Assembly: GCA_938044725.1 (NCBI GenBank) | Contig: CALIOW010000091.1 | Location: forward strand, 1-40,785 | Origin: an uncultured Clostridia bacterium | GTDB taxonomy: Bacteria > Bacillota > Clostridia > UMGS1840 | Direction of reading: 5' to 3' | Length of the DNA stretch: 40,785 nucleotides | Part shown: positions 27,001 through 35,585 of the stretch, piece by piece | How positions within the stretch are numbered: position 1 is the first letter of the stretch | Layout: each line of letters opens with the position of its first letter | Notes under the pieces: generated by a model | What the model was told of the DNA's origin: nothing | Database searches by the model: none | Seen by the model: only the letters and a program-made list of their open reading frames with translations | Position numbers and translations under genes: made by a program

Positions 27001-28392
27001 AATTTTGAATTTATTTTGCCCGATTATATGTATCAAAACTCAATGACGCTTACGTTTACTTTGGGCGGAGATGATTTTGAAACGCCGCAAACGCTTTCAA
27101 ATACGATCTACTACTATGCGCCCGGCGACAGAAGCAATTTCATAGCCGAGCTTAAAGCTTCGAGTGAATCCGAAATAACGGCGAAAATCCCCGACGTCAA
27201 GAAAAATCTTGCAATTGCGATTGCACCTGCGGACGTGATTTCCGATGCGGACTATGCGAAAATGATATTTAATAACAAGGCTTTGCTTTTGGAAAATGAC
27301 CCTGCAAAAACACAGGGAAACCTCAAAAAGCTTGCGATTATAACGGCATTTTGGGGCGATAACGCAAATATACTTATGAACGGAAGCGAGCTTTTATATA
27401 ATGATTTAATGAATTTCAGCTCGATTGATTCGGACGGCGTAACGCTTTATTCGATATTAAAGAGCGGTATATCCGAAGAAGGCATAAAGCATTTCCAAGA
27501 TGAAGTTTTCGGCAAAAAATACGCAAACGAAAACGAACTTATGAAAAAAATAACGGAGGAAATATTCCTGTCGGCGATTAACTATCCCTCTACGGGCGGT
27601 ACGGGCTATATAGGAACGCTTCTGACGGCAAAAAATGCTTCCAAGGTAGAAATCACCATAACAAAATATCTGAACGCGCCTACATATGATTTTAATAACA
27701 AAATAGCGGCGCAAAGAGGAAACTTCAAGACGCTTTTGGAAGTTGAGAAATTTATTTCTTCATACAAAAAGCCCGAAAACGGTTCGTCCGGCGGCAGTTC
27801 GGGAGGCGGAGGCGGTTCATCGTTCTCATCGTCGATAACGGAAGAACCTGCACCTGCACCAACTCCCGCACCGAGCCTTACGTTTAACGATGTTCCGACA
27901 TCGCATTGGGCATATGCAAGCATTATTTCACTTTATAATAAGGGAATAATTTCGGGCAAGGGAGATAAAACTTTCGCACCCGACGATACGATAACGAGAG
28001 GCGAGCTTGTAAAAATGCTTTGCAAGGCTTACGGCTTTACGGCAAGCAGAAACGACGTATTCTCCGATACGGCGGATAAATGGTACAACGAATTTGCGTG
28101 TGCCGCATATGAAAACGGAATTATAACGGGAATAAGCGAAAGCGAATTTGGCGGCGATGCGAACGTTACAAGACAAGACATCTGCACAATGCTTTACAGA
28201 ACGGTTAATGCCGAGGTTTCGGGCGAGCTTGAGTTTGCAGATTCCAACAGCGTTTCCGACTATGCGAAATCGGCAGTGCTTTATATGGCGCAAAACGGCA
28301 TAATAAACGGATTTTCCGATAATACGTTCAGAGCGGCGGAATATTGCACAAGAGCGCAGGCGGCAAAGATAATAGATATGTTTTTGAAATAA
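24085..28392 (+). CDS. Secreted 1435-aa SLH-anchored protein with two copies of the same unassigned module, Ig-like domains, a Gly/Ser-Pro/Ala linker and three C-terminal SLH domains
   Basis: GGAGG RBS. Signal MKKTLSLLLAFMLIAILPVSA. Modules start near 24151 and 25381. The linker is SSGGSSGGGGGSS...EEPAPAPTPAPS. SLH repeats: FNDVPTSHWAYASIISLYNKGIISG, FSDTADKWYNEFACAAYENGIITG and FADSNSVSDYAKSAVLYMAQNGIINGF. Confidence 0.85.
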   Translation: MKKTLSLLLAFMLIAILPVSAQSVSLSDRLNYNAIFDTDVVPRATEFPAVIYSASAFSDTLTLGNLDYSVTEGHSGKENDSIKLTDTYNFALEEAPYKKIGFIAYALNSDTLTNVKIVYKSGDTETFPITVKTASKQADLSVSAGMGLKKGGTGMRPKAEVGETELFINAYEMSPSKTTSISAVEFPASDCVLFAVSALKYTQEELDNLSDRVIEETLAQYKDKTLTDITDADTDSLESLYNALLTAQENGSAIATDEVIEKIKNLKDGYPLYSKKKEICTYFNDTYAVRDYRTLAVSDLSDSDITVIDTLISKYTEAQSFDNERYAEILSYFNMTDDYTWNLSDKETLTNLKTAYERKKYEEELTSKINSAYAPYKDKTVSDLAESDIAKLQELVALYEEAKRENVPYNADDRAKIEKLLNTYSAYLNSENDECYDLKNYYTGSIVGNAGDTSKAWGFPDGSGYVGYSSETFESFLTDGYFLAKNQFNIMKEIESVPKLTEQNLAKAIKFKMSDERTASGKNAILFGSKEDKEHGLITSVNISAPKRVSSQIMFLYPAARSNYSSDIVINFTDGTTMTQKYGIGWCNWGSHTGMYQSTKYSRNNDVISEAATDNPSLLCRGLVLDIPKGKIIESIDVAQTQGALLAITEVPLLNADFTELVKEQWAKVEAIDTANVTNDQLADVKTMVLYMAECEKRGLDIADFVSDTAKMNEFKQMILTVSHTVYRQSKNEVRADFEFSVPVNASDINKNITVLKNGMETADYSVSLSNGGKSLSLILAESKNGGNEYKITLSGNLSLELFPKIKLGSDYTVSYDVPDYLTYSYNGAEFTIKNNSKEEASGFVGVSCLSADNKTMYYSALKEYTVSAGVEVKISCDTSNYSQLAPNTKTVLWDENMKTVSNGSEISACTDEPVLTANYSEPAFSMKDNSIKLNGITPSASENKAVSLKITDESGNVIFTGSQLTAKSGYFNFEFILPDYMYQNSMTLTFTLGGDDFETPQTLSNTIYYYAPGDRSNFIAELKASSESEITAKIPDVKKNLAIAIAPADVISDADYAKMIFNNKALLLENDPAKTQGNLKKLAIITAFWGDNANILMNGSELLYNDLMNFSSIDSDGVTLYSILKSGISEEGIKHFQDEVFGKKYANENELMKKITEEIFLSAINYPSTGGTGYIGTLLTAKNASKVEITITKYLNAPTYDFNNKIAAQRGNFKTLLEVEKFISSYKKPENGSSGGSSGGGGGSSFSSSITEEPAPAPTPAPSLTFNDVPTSHWAYASIISLYNKGIISGKGDKTFAPDDTITRGELVKMLCKAYGFTASRNDVFSDTADKWYNEFACAAYENGIITGISESEFGGDANVTRQDICTMLYRTVNAEVSGELEFADSNSVSDYAKSAVLYMAQNGIINGFSDNTFRAAEYCTRAQAAKIIDMFLK

Positions 28393-28416
28393 TATCGGTA
28401 AAAGGAGAATAGATAA

Positions 28417-31284
28417 ATGAAAAAGATACTAACAATACTTATTTCGGCAGTTATGCTTGTTTCTTTGATTCCGCAGGCTTTTGCGTATTCCGACACAACG
28501 GATAAGCCGATTGAGATTATATCGGGTCTCGGACTTATGAACGGCTATGACGACGGTACGTTTCTTCCCGATAACACAATGTCCCGTGCGGAATTTGCAC
28601 AGGTTATAGCAAACATTTACGAATCGGGCGACGATGCCGAAGCGGCTTGGAAAGAGCAGTTTTTCAAGGACGAGAACGAAGAAACCTCGCTTGTAACGAA
28701 ATTTTCGGAGGGCGAAAAAGAGATTTTCTCCGACGTTCCGTCATCACATTGGGCATTTAACGTTATAAATACCGTTTACGGTCTCGGACTTATGACCGGC
28801 GTTTCCGAAACGGAATTCGACCCCGAAAGTACGATTACCGTTGACCAGGCATATAAGGTTATGATTTGCCTGCTCGGTTACCGTCCCAAGGCTATCGTAA
28901 AAGGCGGCTATCCTGCCGGCTACAGAAGAACAGCGGTTGAGCTCGGGCTTTCAAGCGGTATAAAAAGCACAGACAAAATTACAAGAGGCGACGTTGCAAG
29001 AATGCTTTATAACGCGCTTGACGAGGAAATTTTGCAGATAACCTCAATAGGCAATACGATCGGCTACGAAACAATTCCCGGCGATACGTTTTCCAAAAAA
29101 ATCCTCGGCTACGATACTGCCGAGGGCAGAATGACCGATAACGGACTTACCGACCTTATGGGGGCGTCCTCACAGTATAAGGAAACCGTAACGGTGAATG
29201 ACGTTTCTGTTCGCCTTACCGATGATACGCAGTATATACGTAATTTTATCGGACGTGACGTAAAGATATTTTATAAGGAAAATGAAAAAGTAAACTATGC
29301 GGTATACGCATATCTTACCGACAGAGATGAAGTAACTTCATTTGAAATTTCTGATTTTTCGTCCTACAAAAACAATACTCTGACATATACGCAGGGCAAA
29401 TCAAAGACACAAAAGACAGTTAAGCTTGAAAACGGAGCAGGAATGATTTTAAACGGCACAGGCGTAGGCTCATATGATGAAAATACGTTTAAAAGCATAA
29501 ACAAAGGAACGGTAACGGTTATTAAACCTTTTGGAAAAAGCGCTTCAGACCTTATTCTTTTGGAATCATATACAAGCTTTTATGTTGATTTAAAGGATAA
29601 CAACGATAAAAAGCTTTACAGTATTTCCACACTTGTGGATAATAAATGTATCGATTTATCCAATGAAGAAAAAAGCATTTATATATACGATGCAAACGGC
29701 GATTTAACAACCTTTGACGCCATAACCACGGATATGGTTTTGAGCGTTTCCGAAAGCGAAAAAGTGTTAAAGCTTTATATCGGAAACGGCGCAAAAGCTG
29801 ACGCAACCGTTACGGAAATAAGCGAATCGGGCGGAAATACATATATAACGTGCGGAAACGATAAATATGTGCTTTCAAAGGATTATATAGAGCTTAAGGG
29901 AACGAATGAAATAAAAGCCGGAACAAAATATACGCTTTATATTGATAAATTCGGCGAAATTATAAATGCAAAACCGGCAAAAAAGGAAAACATAACTGCC
30001 GCAATTATAATAGGCGCAAAAACCTTCGGTACATTTGGTGAGGATTCAAAGATAAAATATTTCAACGAAGACAGCGAAATGAAAGAAAGCTATCTTGCGG
30101 ACAGCGTAAAAATTAAAAACGAAAACGGCATAGAAACCACATATAAAGAAGCAAGCGACGCGATCAGCGTCATAAGCTCATACAGCGGTGTGGCACGTAT
30201 CGGACTTAATGAAGAAAAGGAAGTAAACTACGTTGAGCTTGCAGGTATTCAGACTACATTCGGCAATGAGGAAAACCGACTTGTAAGAATAAAGCTTTCG
30301 GACACTGTTTCACCGACGCAAAAGGTAACTTCCTATTATAAGATTAATCAGGGCTTCGGCGGTAAAGCTGTTGTAGGAAGCAATACAAAGGTATTCAAGT
30401 ATAACCCCGAAACGATGGACGACGACTCTTTTTCGATTAATACCGTGGGAATATTCGCAAACGATAACAGATATGACGTTTATGCTTATACAACAACGGC
30501 AGATTCAAAGCTTGCGGAATATATAGTGTATGAAAGTGCGGCAAAAAATTTGCTCACACCGTCAAACAAGGATTTTGCACTTGTAAAGGATATTTATAAA
30601 GGCGTTACGGCAAAGGGCGACAGCATGAACATACTTGAAATATATTTTAACGGAAACGATATGACAAAGGTTTACTGTGAGGATTCCGTACTCGAAGACG
30701 TAAGAGATATATGGGACAGAGATAAAATTGACGATAATTCACCCAAGTATAAGGTCGAAAAAGGAGATATTATCCGTTATACGACAAATTCCGATGAAAC
30801 CTTAAAGAATATAGTTCTTATATTTGATGAAAACGCCGTAAATCCCCATTCGGGCGGACAGGGAAATCTGGCAGGCTCAATCGGTTATTTTGATTCAAGC
30901 GATTATACCCATTCAAATCCGTATGCGCAGACTGTTTCGGGCTTCAATTCAAATGCGCTTTACTGGACGGCAGAGGAGCTCAGAAATATGGTTTGCTATC
31001 CCTTGATTCAGCGTTCGGGACAGCTTACCGTTACCACTATGGACTTAACTAAGCTTCCGTATTCGGAGGACGAAATCGGAACGAAATACGCAACGGAAAC
31101 ATATACCGCAAACAGCAATGTTGTACTTTTCAGAATTGACGGCGATACAATCACACGTGAAACAATAAGCCCCTCTGAAATAAAAACGTACGAAAAAGCG
31201 GGGAGCGATTGCGATAGACTGTTCTATTCAACACGTGTCGGACAAACGCAGATGACATTTGCAATAAGAGGATATACAAAATAG
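28417..31284 (+). CDS. Secreted 955-aa protein with N-terminal SLH domains and an uncharacterised beta-rich C-terminal region
   Basis: AGGAG RBS. Signal MKKILTILISAVMLVSLIPQAFA. SLH repeats: ISGLGLMNGYDDGTFLPDNTMSRAEFAQVIANIY, FSDVPSSHWAFNVINTVYGLGLMTG and GYRRTAVELGLSSG...TRGDVARMLYNAL. The remainder has no motif I recognise. Confidence 0.8.
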   Translation: MKKILTILISAVMLVSLIPQAFAYSDTTDKPIEIISGLGLMNGYDDGTFLPDNTMSRAEFAQVIANIYESGDDAEAAWKEQFFKDENEETSLVTKFSEGEKEIFSDVPSSHWAFNVINTVYGLGLMTGVSETEFDPESTITVDQAYKVMICLLGYRPKAIVKGGYPAGYRRTAVELGLSSGIKSTDKITRGDVARMLYNALDEEILQITSIGNTIGYETIPGDTFSKKILGYDTAEGRMTDNGLTDLMGASSQYKETVTVNDVSVRLTDDTQYIRNFIGRDVKIFYKENEKVNYAVYAYLTDRDEVTSFEISDFSSYKNNTLTYTQGKSKTQKTVKLENGAGMILNGTGVGSYDENTFKSINKGTVTVIKPFGKSASDLILLESYTSFYVDLKDNNDKKLYSISTLVDNKCIDLSNEEKSIYIYDANGDLTTFDAITTDMVLSVSESEKVLKLYIGNGAKADATVTEISESGGNTYITCGNDKYVLSKDYIELKGTNEIKAGTKYTLYIDKFGEIINAKPAKKENITAAIIIGAKTFGTFGEDSKIKYFNEDSEMKESYLADSVKIKNENGIETTYKEASDAISVISSYSGVARIGLNEEKEVNYVELAGIQTTFGNEENRLVRIKLSDTVSPTQKVTSYYKINQGFGGKAVVGSNTKVFKYNPETMDDDSFSINTVGIFANDNRYDVYAYTTTADSKLAEYIVYESAAKNLLTPSNKDFALVKDIYKGVTAKGDSMNILEIYFNGNDMTKVYCEDSVLEDVRDIWDRDKIDDNSPKYKVEKGDIIRYTTNSDETLKNIVLIFDENAVNPHSGGQGNLAGSIGYFDSSDYTHSNPYAQTVSGFNSNALYWTAEELRNMVCYPLIQRSGQLTVTTMDLTKLPYSEDEIGTKYATETYTANSNVVLFRIDGDTITRETISPSEIKTYEKAGSDCDRLFYSTRVGQTQMTFAIRGYTK

Positions 31285-31300
31285 CACAGGAGGGAACGAT

Positions 31301-34300
31301 ATGAAAAAATTATTATTAAGCATCATATGCTTTACGCTGTGTCTGACTTTTCTTGCGCTTCCCGTATGCGCGCAAAGAGAAGATATAGGCGCTGTTCCGT
31401 CCAATTACCAAATGGTGCTTATGGAAAATTCTATGATAGGCATATATTCGGGCGAGCTTGAAAAGCTTAATTGCTCACCTATAGCTGCGGAAGGAGCTTT
31501 GCTTCTTCCCGCACGCTGGTTTTTCCAAAAGCAGGGCTATGAGGTTTCATACAGTGACGGAGTGTGTACCTTTGCAAAAGACGGAAAATCTGTCGGCGCA
31601 ACGCAAGGCAGCGCGGAAATAACCGTTGACGGTACGGCACATACTTTAAAAGCGCCCGTACAAAACATAGGCGGAAATCTCTATATTCCAAGTGATATAT
31701 GTGATGTTTTGGGACTTAATTATAAGCACGGCGCAAACGGACTTTTCGTAATTTATACAGGCGAATACAAAACAGCGTCTGACAGAACCTTAATAAAGCT
31801 TCAGGGCGTTTATATGTCGCCCGAAGGTGCGGTTACAAGCGAGGGAACACCCAATAAACCTATTAATAATCTTCCCGCCGCTGTTGAAACGGCAAAGAAT
31901 AATATGCTGATGTTCGGCTCGGAATATCCCGTCTATATATTTGTAAAGGGAGGCGAATATAAAGTAACTGCTACAACAACGCTGGACAAAAATGTGTTCG
32001 GCAAAGCGGAATATAAAGGACTTATTATAGTCGGCTATGACGGGGAAGCCGTATTTACGGGAGCAACCGAGATTAACGCTGAGGATTTTAAACCTGTAAC
32101 GGATGCAGATACACTTTCACGTCTGCCGAAAGCCGGAAGAGGAAAGGTTGCGTATTTGGATTTATCAACGCAGGGAATTTCGGGGCTTTCCAAGTCCGAC
32201 GAATCCTATCCGTATGTTTATGTAAACGATAAACAGCAGTTAATGTCCCGTTGGCCGAACGACGATTTTACAAAAGTAAGCAGTGTTCCCGTAAACGGTG
32301 AATTTTGCTACGAGGAAGCAAATCCCTCTCGCTGGACAAGAGCGAATGACCTTAGAATAAACGGTTATTTTGTAGCTGATTATTTCTATAATTCAACACG
32401 TACGGGCGGAGTTGACGCAAAATCAAAAAGAATAAAAACATTGGACGTAAGCTTCCAGTCTCATAGGGCAGGCTCACGCTGGTACGGCTGTAATCTGCTT
32501 GAAGAAATCGATGTGCCGGGCGAATGGTATGTTGACAGAGATACGAATATGCTCTATTTCTATCCGCCTTATACGCTAAAAGGCGCAAAGGTTGAGGTTT
32601 GTACATTTCATAGCGGAAATTTTTTAAATGCAACGGGTGTGAAAAATCTTACAGTTGACGGTATAACCGTTACAAAGCTCGGTAAAAACGCAATTGTCGG
32701 CAACGATATGGAAAACGTAACCGTAAAAAACTGTAATTTCACATTTTTGCAGGGTACGTATAACATTGCGGGTGAACGCTGCAAAAACATAACGGTTGAC
32801 GGAAATTACAGCTATAACTGCGGCGGCGGATTTGTTTCGGTAAGAACGGGCGATATGGCGGCTATGGAATACGGCAATTTCAAATTCACAAACAATAGAA
32901 TTGTAGCAGGCGGCTTTGTACCAACAAATATTAGCGGTGCGTTTAATGCAGGTTACAACAATAACGACTGGGTCGGCACAATGGGGGCGGATATTTCCAA
33001 TAATATTATACAGGACTGCAACGGCTCATATGCTGTTTCATATGTCGGACTTGACAATAAGGTGCACCATAATGAAATTATAAACCAGGCTAAAAACATC
33101 CACGACGGCGGTGCGATATATTTCGGTAAATCCACCTCGTATAACGGCACGGAAATTTCGTTTAACTACATTCATCACCTAAACCGTGAGAACTTCTACT
33201 GCGGACTTTATAACGATGACGCTTACGCATGGGCAAACTGGCATCACAACGTTGTTTATAACGCAAACCGTTCTACAATTATCGGTTTGGGCTTCGGAAT
33301 GAAATATCAGTACAATTTGGCTATAGATACGGTAAATCCCGCAACCGTAGGCTCACGTATGACATGGACGAAAGATGAGAAGCAGCAGGGAGAGGTTGTA
33401 AGAGCGGCGGCAAACGAAAAATGGGTGGCAAAATGGCCGTGGCTGAAAACAGCGGCAACGAGAGATCCGTTTTTGGCTCCGTGGGATTCATATGTATTCG
33501 GAAATATCGGAATAGGCGCACCTGCAACCGCAGGAACGGTTGACGAGCTTTCCAAATACGGCGCAAAGACAATCGAAAGAAACGGAAAAGAATATAACAT
33601 AGAGGGTAAAAACAGTACAAAAGAAGGAAATCCGTCATACGCTTATGACGAAAATCTCTTTGAAGACCCGAAAACTCAAAATTGGAATTTAAAACCCGAA
33701 AGCGATATAGCAAAGGAATGGCCCGAATTTTTGGATATAAAAATGGAAGAAATCGGACTTTCCGAAGGATATGACAATTTAAAGCATATAGACGATACAT
33801 TTAAGTTAAGATATCCGTATAACGGACAGACAAACGTTCAGACAAAAGAAGTTCGTTTTTCATGGGAGGCTTTGGAATGTGCAACGGAATACAAGCTTGT
33901 TGTTGCGACGGACCCCGAACTCCAAAACGTCGTTTTTGAGAAAACCTTACGTGAAAATTCCGACAACAATTCTTATACCACGGATTCACTTTTAAACGAT
34001 ACCGTTTATTATTGGAAGGTATATGCAATAGGTCTTGCAAGACAGGATATGTTTGAACAGGGAAGCGTCGGCGCACCGTATGCATTCAAAACGGCACGTG
34101 AAAACGAGCTTGATAAAGACAGCGTAAAGGTTGCTTATGAAGCGCTTATCGCACTTGATAAAGAAATCAAAGAAAGCGATTGCGAGTATACCGATGAATT
34201 TATGAAGAACCTTGAAGAACTTGTTACACGTGCAACAGATTTGTATAAAAACTCGAAGAGCCAGAGCGAGCTTGACGCACTTGAAGAAGAAATATACAAC

Positions 34301-35563
34301 TTTATAAAACGTTCACCTTTCTTCGTCGAAGTTAATTTCTCCGTTCCCGATTTTCTCACAAATCCCAACGCTGAGTGGGATGCGGGAGGCGGAACGGTTA
34401 CATACGACGGAAATACCATGACATATTCATCGCCGCAGGGGATGAGAACGGACGGTATAGTGAAAACAGGAACGTATAACGATATTCTTTGCTTCCAGGC
34501 GAAATTCGATAAGCTTATAGACGGCGGCGGATATCAGGGTATCGACTACAAAATGGAGGAAAACACAGCAAACAGCTATCTGTTTATTTTGAAGGAAAAT
34601 GTATTTGAATTCCAAAAGGAGGGTAAATTCTTCCTTGAGCTTCCGTCCTTTAAGGTAAAGGCGGGCGAATGGATAGACTGCATGATGGGCGCTGTAAATA
34701 CCCCCGGCGGCGTATTGCAGTTTGTAAGCCTTGACGGAAACGTTGTTTTTGCTGCGCTCGACCAAACGCCTACGCAGGTTAAGACGGGCGGACGTTTCAG
34801 AATACGTAAGAACGGCGAAAACGATATTCATTTGCGCCCAATGGAGAAAATTCCCGAAAAGCATGCGCTTATAGAGGATATTTACAATTCGTTTTCCAAT
34901 CCGTATGATGAAACTCATCTTGCCGTACTCTTAACGGGTGCGTTTAATGCGATAGATATGGATAATTCAAACTTTGCTTCTCTTGATAAGAAAAAGCTTT
35001 CCGAAAAGCTTTATCCGCTTCTTAAAGAGAACGGAATAAAGATAAAAGGCACAGACTATTCGGAATATAAAAATGTCGTTTCCGATATGGCAATTTTGGA
35101 ATACTATAATCAAGGAAAGGCAGACGCACTTTTCAAAAACAATGTTGTACTTCGTCATAACGATATAACGCAGTTTGAGAAAATAGACCAAAACGGTGTA
35201 AATTTGTATGCTTTTTCACAGGAGAAATTTAAGGACACCGACTACAACAAGGTAAATCAAGCTACGATGAACGGCGACTGCAAGACCTTTGACGAGTTAA
35301 GACTCAGGTATGCGAAGAATATATTTGCACACAGCATAAACGCTTGCTCAAACGGCTGGGGTGCGGACGCAACATATATGTTTGATATTATAACAAAGGC
35401 GAACTGCGATTATTTGGGAATAAATATTGACGATTACTTCGCACTATCCGACGTGGATAAAGTTTCAATTCATAATATCCTCGGACGAAGCGGCGTAAGC
35501 TTGGACAGAACGCTTGATGAAATTGTCGAAGAAATCCATACGTCAATAAAAGAACTGAAATAA
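31301..35563 (+). CDS. Secreted 1420-aa beta-helix protein with an N-terminal copper-amine-oxidase-N-like domain, an FN3-like domain and a ConA/LamG-like domain
   Basis: Signal MKKLLLSIICFTLCLTFLALPVCA. Cu_amine_oxidN1-like stretch (ALLLPARWFFQKQGYEV...GGNLYIPSDICDVLGL). Beta-helix signatures PGEWYVDRDTNMLYFYPP, HDGGAIYFGKS...FNYIHHL and LYNDDAYAWANWHHNVV. FN3-like RFSWEALECATEYKLVVATD...YYWKVYAIG. Confidence 0.85.
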   Translation: MKKLLLSIICFTLCLTFLALPVCAQREDIGAVPSNYQMVLMENSMIGIYSGELEKLNCSPIAAEGALLLPARWFFQKQGYEVSYSDGVCTFAKDGKSVGATQGSAEITVDGTAHTLKAPVQNIGGNLYIPSDICDVLGLNYKHGANGLFVIYTGEYKTASDRTLIKLQGVYMSPEGAVTSEGTPNKPINNLPAAVETAKNNMLMFGSEYPVYIFVKGGEYKVTATTTLDKNVFGKAEYKGLIIVGYDGEAVFTGATEINAEDFKPVTDADTLSRLPKAGRGKVAYLDLSTQGISGLSKSDESYPYVYVNDKQQLMSRWPNDDFTKVSSVPVNGEFCYEEANPSRWTRANDLRINGYFVADYFYNSTRTGGVDAKSKRIKTLDVSFQSHRAGSRWYGCNLLEEIDVPGEWYVDRDTNMLYFYPPYTLKGAKVEVCTFHSGNFLNATGVKNLTVDGITVTKLGKNAIVGNDMENVTVKNCNFTFLQGTYNIAGERCKNITVDGNYSYNCGGGFVSVRTGDMAAMEYGNFKFTNNRIVAGGFVPTNISGAFNAGYNNNDWVGTMGADISNNIIQDCNGSYAVSYVGLDNKVHHNEIINQAKNIHDGGAIYFGKSTSYNGTEISFNYIHHLNRENFYCGLYNDDAYAWANWHHNVVYNANRSTIIGLGFGMKYQYNLAIDTVNPATVGSRMTWTKDEKQQGEVVRAAANEKWVAKWPWLKTAATRDPFLAPWDSYVFGNIGIGAPATAGTVDELSKYGAKTIERNGKEYNIEGKNSTKEGNPSYAYDENLFEDPKTQNWNLKPESDIAKEWPEFLDIKMEEIGLSEGYDNLKHIDDTFKLRYPYNGQTNVQTKEVRFSWEALECATEYKLVVATDPELQNVVFEKTLRENSDNNSYTTDSLLNDTVYYWKVYAIGLARQDMFEQGSVGAPYAFKTARENELDKDSVKVAYEALIALDKEIKESDCEYTDEFMKNLEELVTRATDLYKNSKSQSELDALEEEIYNFIKRSPFFVEVNFSVPDFLTNPNAEWDAGGGTVTYDGNTMTYSSPQGMRTDGIVKTGTYNDILCFQAKFDKLIDGGGYQGIDYKMEENTANSYLFILKENVFEFQKEGKFFLELPSFKVKAGEWIDCMMGAVNTPGGVLQFVSLDGNVVFAALDQTPTQVKTGGRFRIRKNGENDIHLRPMEKIPEKHALIEDIYNSFSNPYDETHLAVLLTGAFNAIDMDNSNFASLDKKKLSEKLYPLLKENGIKIKGTDYSEYKNVVSDMAILEYYNQGKADALFKNNVVLRHNDITQFEKIDQNGVNLYAFSQEKFKDTDYNKVNQATMNGDCKTFDELRLRYAKNIFAHSINACSNGWGADATYMFDIITKANCDYLGINIDDYFALSDVDKVSIHNILGRSGVSLDRTLDEIVEEIHTSIKELK

Positions 35564-35585
35564 ATAATAAATAAGGAGAAGTAAA

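Noticed and set aside
27775-27875. GGC/GGT/TCG-rich and CCN/GCA-rich low-complexity DNA that looked repeat-like
   Set aside because: It is in frame and encodes a Gly/Ser then Pro/Ala interdomain linker of CDS 24085, just before its SLH domains. It is not a CRISPR, minisatellite or mobile-element feature.
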